A stretch of DNA of 64,000 bases from positions 68,217 through 132,216 of the forward strand of contig SVAS01000001.1 in NCBI GenBank assembly GCA_015059285.1, written 5' to 3'. Source of the stretch: Bacillota bacterium. Lineage in GTDB: Bacteria > Bacillota_I > Bacilli_A > RF39 > UBA660. Positions 58,035-64,000 of the stretch are shown here, piece by piece; the stretch's first letter is position 1; every line of letters starts with the position of its first letter. Below the pieces are notes generated by a model. That model was not told the origin of the DNA. It was given only the letters and a program-made list of their open reading frames with translations, and did no database searches. The translations under genes were made by a program, and so were the position numbers.

Positions 58035-59259
58035 TGGAATAAATGAATTAAAAAAGAATATAATAAAAAAACCAGAGTTATTAGCGCCGGCTGGTGATAT
58101 AGAAAGATTAAAAATAGCTTTCCATTATGGAGCTGATGCAGTTTATTTAGGTGGCAGTTTATTTGGTCTTAGAGCAAATGCTATTAACTTTAGTTTAGAT
58201 GATATTAAACAAAGTGTAGAGTATGCTCACTCTTTAGGTAAAAAAATATATGTTACTGTTAATATTGCTTTACATAGTAAAGAATTACAAGATTTAGAAA
58301 ACTATTTGAAAGAACTTGATAAGATAAAAGTAGATGCTATTATTGTAAGCGATCCTGCTGTAATTGAAATGGCTAAAAAACATACATCTTTAGAAATTCA
58401 TCTTTCAACTCAAGCTTCAACTTTAAATATTGAAGCCGTTAAGTTTTTTAAAAAACAAGGAGTAACAAGAATTGTTTTAGGTCGCGAAGCAAATAGGGAA
58501 GAAATAAAAAATATTATTGATGAAACAGGAATTGAAATAGAAACTTTTATTCATGGTGCTATGTGTTCTTCAATTAGTGGTAGATGTGTATTATCTAATT
58601 TCTTCACATTAAGAGATTCTAACCGTGGTGGATGTAGTCAAATATGTCGTTGGGATTTTAATTTATTAAATGAAAAAAAGGAAAAATTAGAAGGAGAAAA
58701 ACCATTTACTTTCTGTACTAAAGATTTGTCTCAATTAAAATACATTAAAGACATGATTAATAGTGGTATCGCATCTTTTAAAATAGAAGGAAGAATGCGT
58801 TCAATTTATTATATCGCAACTATAGTTGGAGTTTATAGAAAAGTAATTGATAATTATTGTAACCAAACTATTAACTATGAATATAATTTAAAAGATGAAC
58901 AAATACTTAGAAGTTGTGCTAATAGGGATGCAGTAAGTCAATTTTATGATGGTACTAATGATCATACTTGTCAATACTATAATGGTCGTGAAGAAGTTTC
59001 TAATCAAGACTTTTTAGGTGTCATTTTAGAATATAAAAAAAGTACTAAACTAGCTAAAGTAGAACAACGTAATTATTTTAAAATAGACGATAAAATAGAA
59101 ATATTTGGACCCAATATTGAAGATATTAGTTTTTCTTTAAAAGAAATTTTTGATGAAGATATGAACCCTATAGAAATAGTAAGACATCCAAAACAAATTG
59201 TTTATTTTAAAGTGGATAAAGAAGTATATCCTAACGATTTAATTAGAATTAAAAAATAG
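58027..59259 (+). CDS. peptidase U32 family protein (YrrO-like)
   Basis: LLAPAGDIERLKIAFHYGADAVYLGG, Cys-rich U32 signature, C-terminal DUF3656-like tail. Confidence 0.75.
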   Translation: MINGINELKKNIIKKPELLAPAGDIERLKIAFHYGADAVYLGGSLFGLRANAINFSLDDIKQSVEYAHSLGKKIYVTVNIALHSKELQDLENYLKELDKIKVDAIIVSDPAVIEMAKKHTSLEIHLSTQASTLNIEAVKFFKKQGVTRIVLGREANREEIKNIIDETGIEIETFIHGAMCSSISGRCVLSNFFTLRDSNRGGCSQICRWDFNLLNEKKEKLEGEKPFTFCTKDLSQLKYIKDMINSGIASFKIEGRMRSIYYIATIVGVYRKVIDNYCNQTINYEYNLKDEQILRSCANRDAVSQFYDGTNDHTCQYYNGREEVSNQDFLGVILEYKKSTKLAKVEQRNYFKIDDKIEIFGPNIEDISFSLKEIFDEDMNPIEIVRHPKQIVYFKVDKEVYPNDLIRIKK

Positions 59260-59325
59260 TTGACAAAATAGTAAAAGTGTAGTATTATTTTGTAGATTTG
59301 AAAATTAATAAACGAGGTGGAATAT

Positions 59326-59796
59326 ATGTCAAATACAAAAGAAATTTATTTAACAAATGAAGGTTTAGAAAATTTAAAATCAGAGTTAGATGAACTTAAA
59401 AATGTTCGCCGTCCAGAAGTAATTGAAGCTTTAAAAGAAGCTCGTGCTTTAGGTGATTTAAGTGAAAATGCAGAGTATGATGCAGCGCGTAATGAACAAG
59501 CTGTAATTGAAAATAGAATTAAAGAAATTGAAGTTATGTTAGAAAATGCAACTGTTATTACAGATGTAAAAACTGATAAAGTTGGTATTGGAAATAAAGT
59601 AACGATTGAATATGTAGATGATAATGAAAAAGAAGAATATTTTATTGTTGGAAGTAAAGAAGCTGATCCTTTTGCTAATAAAATTTCTAATGAATCTCCA
59701 ATCGCTAAAGCCATTTTAGGATTTAAAGTAGGAGACGTTAGATCTGTAGATAGTCCTAATGGAAGTTACGATGTAAAAATCGTTGAAATTTGTTAA
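59326..59796 (+). CDS. greA: transcription elongation factor GreA
   Basis: N-terminal coiled coil YLTNEGLENLKSELDELK and C-terminal FKBP-like domain; ATG at 59326 with GAGGTGG RBS. Confidence 0.9.
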   Translation: MSNTKEIYLTNEGLENLKSELDELKNVRRPEVIEALKEARALGDLSENAEYDAARNEQAVIENRIKEIEVMLENATVITDVKTDKVGIGNKVTIEYVDDNEKEEYFIVGSKEADPFANKISNESPIAKAILGFKVGDVRSVDSPNGSYDVKIVEIC

Positions 59797-59816
59797 GCAC
59801 TTATGTGCTTTTTTTG
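59795..59816 (+). terminator. greA terminator
   Basis: aagcacttatgtgctt hairpin plus T-run. Confidence 0.7.
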
Positions 59817-59882
59817 CTATAAAGCTTGTAAAAAAACTTAAAATATTATATACTATATAAGAACTTTGGAAGGAGAATACTT

Positions 59883-61136
59883 ATGGAAAATAAGAATGAA
59901 AGAAAAATAAATATTAAAATTGAAGGAGAAAAATGGCAAGATGCTTTAGATAAAGCTTTTGAAAAAGCAAATAAAAAAGCTAAAATAGATGGTTTTAGAC
60001 CTGGAAAAGCTCCAAAAGATGTATTTTTAAAAAAATATGGAATCGAATCATTATTTATGGATGCAGGAGATTTAGTATTAGAAGATGCATATAAACAAAT
60101 GTTAGAAGAAAATAAGGATGCTTTAATAGTAGCGCAACCAGATATTGAACTTAAATCAATCGATGAAAAAGGTGTTGAATTTACTTTTACACTAACTTTA
60201 AAACCAGAAGTTAAATTAGGTAAATATAAAGGATTAAAAGTTAAAAAAGATGCTGTTAAAGTATCTAAAGAAGAAATTGATAATACTATTTTAGAAATGC
60301 GTAATAGATATGCAGAAAATGTTGTTAAAGAAGATGCTATTGAAAATGGTGATATAGCTATTATTGATTTTGAAGGATTTAAAGATGGTGTTGCTTTTGA
60401 GGGAGGAAAAGGTGAAAACTATTCTTTAACTATTGGTAGTGGAACATTTATTCCAGGATTTGAAGAACAATTAATTGGTCTTAAAAAAGATGAAGAAAAA
60501 GAAATAGAAGTAACATTCCCAGAAGATTATCATAGTGAAGATTTAAAAGGAGCAAAAGCTACATTCAAAGTAAAAATCAATGAAGTAAAACAAATTAGTA
60601 TTCCAGAATTAAATGAAGATTTCTTTGCTGATTTAGGTTTAGAAGGAATTAATGATGAAGAAAGTTTACGTAACCAAGTAGAAGAAACTATTAAAGTACG
60701 TAAAGAAACAGAAAGTGATAATAAATATATTGATGATTTATTAGAAGCGGCTTCAAAAGAAGTAGAAGTTGAAATTCCTCATGCTATGATTCATGATGAA
60801 ATTCATCGCATGATGCATCAATATGAAGAACATTTAAAAATGCAAGGTTTAACTTTAGAACAATTCTATCAATTTACTAATTCTGATAGAAATGCTTTAG
60901 AAGCTCAAATGCATGACGAAGCAGAAAAAAGAGTTAAATATAGATTAATGCTTGAAGAAATTGCTAAAGTAGAAAAAGTAGAAATTTCTGAAGAAAAAGC
61001 TTTAGAAGAAGCTTCAACTTTAGCTGAAAAATATGGAATGGATAAAGATGAATTCTTAAAAGCATTTGGTGGCATTGATATGATTAAATATGATTTAACA
61101 ATGCGTGCTGTAATTGATATCTTAAAAGGCGAATAA
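59883..61136 (+). CDS. tig: trigger factor
   Basis: N-terminal ribosome-binding motif GFRPGKAP, PPIase and C-terminal domains. Confidence 0.9.
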   Translation: MENKNERKINIKIEGEKWQDALDKAFEKANKKAKIDGFRPGKAPKDVFLKKYGIESLFMDAGDLVLEDAYKQMLEENKDALIVAQPDIELKSIDEKGVEFTFTLTLKPEVKLGKYKGLKVKKDAVKVSKEEIDNTILEMRNRYAENVVKEDAIENGDIAIIDFEGFKDGVAFEGGKGENYSLTIGSGTFIPGFEEQLIGLKKDEEKEIEVTFPEDYHSEDLKGAKATFKVKINEVKQISIPELNEDFFADLGLEGINDEESLRNQVEETIKVRKETESDNKYIDDLLEAASKEVEVEIPHAMIHDEIHRMMHQYEEHLKMQGLTLEQFYQFTNSDRNALEAQMHDEAEKRVKYRLMLEEIAKVEKVEISEEKALEEASTLAEKYGMDKDEFLKAFGGIDMIKYDLTMRAVIDILKGE

Positions 61137-61194
61137 TCGTCTTTTTTTGTGCTTTTTTTTATAATCATTTCATAAAGTTTATTAGAGGTGAATT

Positions 61195-62346
61195 ATGAAA
61201 AAGATATTAGTTTTATTACTCATTAGTTTTATGTTTATTCCAAATATAAAAGCAGAGGAGGCAAGTACACTTGCTGAAAATAGCAAAAGTGCTATTTTAT
61301 TAGAACCAACAACAGGTGAAATTATATATGAAAAAAATATTCATGAAAAATTACCTCCTGCTTCTATGACTAAATTAATGTCAATGTTACTCATTATGGA
61401 AAGTATTGATAAAGGAGTTATTAAATGGGATGAAATGGTTACCGTATCCTCAAATGCATCAGGAATGGGAGGAAGTCAAATACTACTTGAAACTGGAGAA
61501 CAAATGACAGTAGAAGATTTATTTAAAGGAGTAGCAATCGCAAGTGGTAATGATGCTGTAGTCGCTCTAGCTGAAAAAATTGCTGGTACTGAAGAAATGT
61601 TTGTTAAAATGATGAATGATAAAGTAAAAGAATTAGGATTAAAAAACACTAATTTTAAAAATCCTCATGGATTAGATGCGGCTAACCATTATTCTACTGC
61701 TTATGACATGGCTATGATTGCTAAAGAACTTATTAAACATGAAAAAGTATTAGAATATACATCTATATATGAAACATATTTAAGACAAAACTTACCAACT
61801 AAAATATGGCTTGTTAATACCAATAGATTAGTACGTTTTTATAGTGGTTTAGATGGACTTAAAACAGGGTATACTGGAGAGGCTGGTTATTGTTTAACTT
61901 TTACAGCTAAAAATGGTAATATGAGATTACTTGGTGTTGTTATGGGAGAACCAACTAGTGATACAAGAAATGAAGAAGTAAAAGAAATGCTTGATTATGG
62001 ATTTGCACAATATGAAGTAGAAACAATGTTATCAACTAAAAGTATTTTAGATACTAAAGAAGTAGATAAAGGTAAAAAAAGATATGTTAATTTAGTACCA
62101 AAAGAAGATATTAATTTTTTAAATAAAAAAACAGATGGCAAAAGAAATGCTAGTTATGAGGTTAAAATAGATAATTTAAAAGCTCCTTTAAAAGTAGGCG
62201 ATAAAGTAGGTACATTAATTATTAAAGAAAATAATAACACTAGGAAAGTAGATATAACTGTATCAGAAAACATAGAAAAAGCTAATATATTAGAATTATT
62301 TATAAGACATTTGGAGGATATAATAACTGGTAATATTAAGTTTTAA
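61195..62346 (+). CDS. D-alanyl-D-alanine carboxypeptidase (PBP5/DacF-like, S11 family)
   Basis: signal peptide, SMTKLM (SxxK), SGN, KTG motifs. Confidence 0.85.
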   Translation: MKKILVLLLISFMFIPNIKAEEASTLAENSKSAILLEPTTGEIIYEKNIHEKLPPASMTKLMSMLLIMESIDKGVIKWDEMVTVSSNASGMGGSQILLETGEQMTVEDLFKGVAIASGNDAVVALAEKIAGTEEMFVKMMNDKVKELGLKNTNFKNPHGLDAANHYSTAYDMAMIAKELIKHEKVLEYTSIYETYLRQNLPTKIWLVNTNRLVRFYSGLDGLKTGYTGEAGYCLTFTAKNGNMRLLGVVMGEPTSDTRNEEVKEMLDYGFAQYEVETMLSTKSILDTKEVDKGKKRYVNLVPKEDINFLNKKTDGKRNASYEVKIDNLKAPLKVGDKVGTLIIKENNNTRKVDITVSENIEKANILELFIRHLEDIITGNIKF

Positions 62347-62372
62347 AGGATGATTAAATTCATCCTTTTATT
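62345..62372 (+). terminator. terminator after the carboxypeptidase gene
   Basis: aaaggatgattaaattcatcctttt hairpin. Confidence 0.65.
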
Positions 62373-62377
62373 TATGT

Positions 62378-62500
62378 TATAGAAACCACTTCAAATAAAG
62401 TTTATGTATAATAAATATGTCAATGATAGTAAAGTAAAACAATATATTATTGACACCGAAATGTTTATGTTATAAAATTAATCTAGAACAATATGTTATA
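62378..62500 (+). promoter_or_regulatory. conserved dual promoter and long leader of pilin-like paralog 4
   Basis: about 85% identical to the region upstream of paralog 3, including TGTATAAT, TTGACA...TATAAA and repeated TTATGTTATA motifs. Confidence 0.6.
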
Positions 62501-62565
62501 CAAACTAAACAAATGCATAAAAGAATAAAAAGTTGTTCAAGATAAGAAAGAAGGAGTGGAATAGT

Positions 62566-63621
62566 ATGAAGAAAAAAGGATTTACATTAATAGAATTACT
62601 AGCAGTGATAGTAATACTAGCAATAATAGCATTAATAGCAGTACCAGTTATAATGAATATCATAAGTAGTGCAAGAGAAAGTGCATTTGAAGATACTGCA
62701 TATGGACTTATTGATGCAGGAGAGATGTATTATGCAAGTTCATTATTAGAAAATGGAATGACTAGTGATGTAGAGTTCACAATTGAAGATGGAAAGTTTG
62801 TAGGAGAAAACAAACTAGAAGTAAAAGGAGCACTTCCAACAAATGGAAAAATAACAGTAACAAAAGATGGAAAAGTTGCTATTGCTGTAAATAATGGAGC
62901 ACATTGCGTAACAAAAGCAACAAGCGAAAGTGCAATCACAACAGTTAAATATGAAGGAAGTTGTGAATATAAAAAAGCAGCAAATCCAATCATCACATCA
63001 ACTGAGGCATGTATCACAAATGCAAACGAAACATGTAGTGAAGACGCAATAAAAGCAGGAATTGCAGTAAATGTTAAAGTAAACGAAAAAGAAGAAGCAA
63101 AAACATTCTATGTAGTAAAAGACGATGCTACAACTAACACATTAACATTAATCATGGATAGAAATATTGGAGAAACAGTAGCTTGGATTAGTGAAAAAGA
63201 CTATGGATGTGGAGAAGCCGGAGATTATTGTTCAACAAACGAAAAAGGGCCACTAACAGCCTTAACTTACTTAGAAAGTAAAACAAGTAGTTGGACAAAC
63301 ATCCCAGCAAAAACATATACATTAGCAGACGATCAAGGACAATACACAATAGAAAGAACAAATGCAAGAGCTCGAATGTTAACACATGATGAAGCAATAG
63401 ATTTGTTAGGATGTGTAGAAAATGACACAGGATGTCCAGCATGGTTGTATGGGAATTTAGGAACTAGTAACCCACCATTTGGCTTCTGGCTAAGCTCTGC
63501 TCCTGCGGACGATGCTTACTTCGCTTGGTTCGTGGGCAGCGGCGGTGGCGTTGACGACGGCGTCATCACTGGCTTCTCCGGTGTGCGCCCAGTTATCGAA
63601 ATCTCAAAATCTATCATCTAG
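62566..63621 (+). CDS. type IV pilin-like protein paralog 4 (351 aa)
   Basis: MKKKGFTLIELLAVIVILAIIALIAVP; about 65% identical to paralog 1; C-terminal SGVRPVIEISKSII; ATG at 62566 with GGAGTGG RBS. Confidence 0.85.
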   Translation: MKKKGFTLIELLAVIVILAIIALIAVPVIMNIISSARESAFEDTAYGLIDAGEMYYASSLLENGMTSDVEFTIEDGKFVGENKLEVKGALPTNGKITVTKDGKVAIAVNNGAHCVTKATSESAITTVKYEGSCEYKKAANPIITSTEACITNANETCSEDAIKAGIAVNVKVNEKEEAKTFYVVKDDATTNTLTLIMDRNIGETVAWISEKDYGCGEAGDYCSTNEKGPLTALTYLESKTSSWTNIPAKTYTLADDQGQYTIERTNARARMLTHDEAIDLLGCVENDTGCPAWLYGNLGTSNPPFGFWLSSAPADDAYFAWFVGSGGGVDDGVITGFSGVRPVIEISKSII

Positions 63622-63715
63622 ACTTAAGTATTTGTAGTAATGTAATACGAAGTTAGAAATAAGGTTTTGAAAAGAATGATAATAAGAGCACGTATGTAAG
63701 CATTCTCTGATTTCT

Positions 63716-63748
63716 TGATAAAAAATACGCTTCGCGTATTTTTTTTGC
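63716..63748. terminator. bidirectional rho-independent terminator
   Basis: aaaaaatacgcttcgcgtatttttttt. Confidence 0.75.
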
Positions 63749-63837
63749 ACTTTTGACATTACACATCAAAAGTAAAGTGTAACTTCAAAAACATTTGAAA
63801 TTTTAATTGATGTATGTTTTTTTGTGAAAAAATATCA

Positions 63838-63867
63838 TTGACCTGACAAGTTGTCAGTGGTATACTT
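63838..63867 (+). promoter_or_regulatory. promoter with palindromic operator for the downstream TetR-family gene
   Basis: TTGACC -35, palindrome tgacaagttgtca, TATACT -10. Confidence 0.5.
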
Positions 63868-63894
63868 AAATAGTGCAACATAGGAAGTGATATT

Positions 63895-64000
63895 ATGCCA
63901 ACAAAAGCTTTTTATAATTTAGAAATTAAGAAGCAAAAACAATTATTAGATGCAGCAAGAAAAGAATTTAGCATTCATTTATTTGAAGAAGCTTCAATTA
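63895..64000 (+). CDS. TetR-family transcriptional regulator (N-terminal fragment, runs off the window)
   Basis: LEIKKQKQLLDAARKEFSIHLFEEASI TetR_N HTH pattern. Confidence 0.6.
   Translation, partial: MPTKAFYNLEIKKQKQLLDAARKEFSIHLFEEASI

Noticed and set aside
59346-59714. Minus-strand 122-aa ORF inside greA, and others of this kind (14757-15016, 24570-24818, 25687-25869, 26921-27264, 31478-32152, 38947-39309, 40375-40708, 44471-44701, 46053-46256, 50194-50406, 51159-51341, 52136-52324, 56272-56484, 60905-61168, 62730-63442)
   Set aside because: All lie antisense within confidently identified genes. They have biased, repetitive composition and no ribosome-binding sites.
1-64000. Searched by eye for CRISPR repeats, tRNA or rRNA genes and long tandem repeats
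   Set aside because: No regularly spaced direct repeats, no cloverleaf-like GC-rich 75-nt islands and no rRNA-like conserved blocks were seen. The GC-rich patch at 63481-63600 is protein-coding.

Overview
This is a chromosomal segment from a low-GC (about 28% GC) Firmicute that appears to form endospores, given the sigK-like pro-sigma factor, yqfC/yqfD and a dacF-like gene. It is densely coded on the + strand. Gene order closely follows conserved Bacillus/Clostridium housekeeping neighbourhoods: hemW, pyk, GH31 glucosidase, leuS, rnhB, rnfC-DG-E-A-B, sigK-like, gltX, pheST, yqfC-yqfD-ybeY-dgkA-cdd-era-recO-glyQS, sepF-divIVA-ileS, rpmB, dnaE, frr, cmk-alaS, ireB-ruvX-yrzB-mltG-yrrM-U32-U32-greA, tig and a D-Ala-D-Ala carboxypeptidase.

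Five T-box leaders are visible, upstream of leuS, pheST, glyQS, ileS and a kinase-kinase-alaS operon. The specifier codons can be read for four of them: CUU, UUC, AUC and GCU. No rRNA, tRNA or CRISPR array was seen.

The main anomalies are:
1. Four dispersed, monocistronic paralogs encode roughly 330-370 aa type IV pilin-like proteins. Each has a prepilin N-terminus (KGFTLIELLAVIVILAIIALIAVP), a conserved cysteine-containing C-terminal domain ending in GVRPVIE, and its own conserved promoter and leader. The downstream hairpin of one cassette matches the upstream hairpin of the next. One copy sits with an IS remnant between alaS and ireB, which are normally adjacent, and another carries a 61% GC patch at its 3' end.
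2. LeuRS carries a roughly 145-aa insertion containing a perfect Nudix box.
3. The Rnf complex is reduced: RnfD and RnfG are fused, and RnfB is an 83-aa protein with only the N-terminal Fe-S motif.
4. An Ala-specifier T-box controls a T4-type dNMP-kinase-like gene, cmk, and a minimal 583-aa AlaRS.
5. A 113-aa Leu-rich membrane ORF is inserted between the Leu T-box and leuS.
6. A candidate type I toxin locus (29-aa hydrophobic peptide) lies between gltX and pheS.
7. A degraded prophage lysis module is present: holin, an M23/SH3b endolysin, and a KilA-N antirepressor pseudogene with a G6 frameshift.
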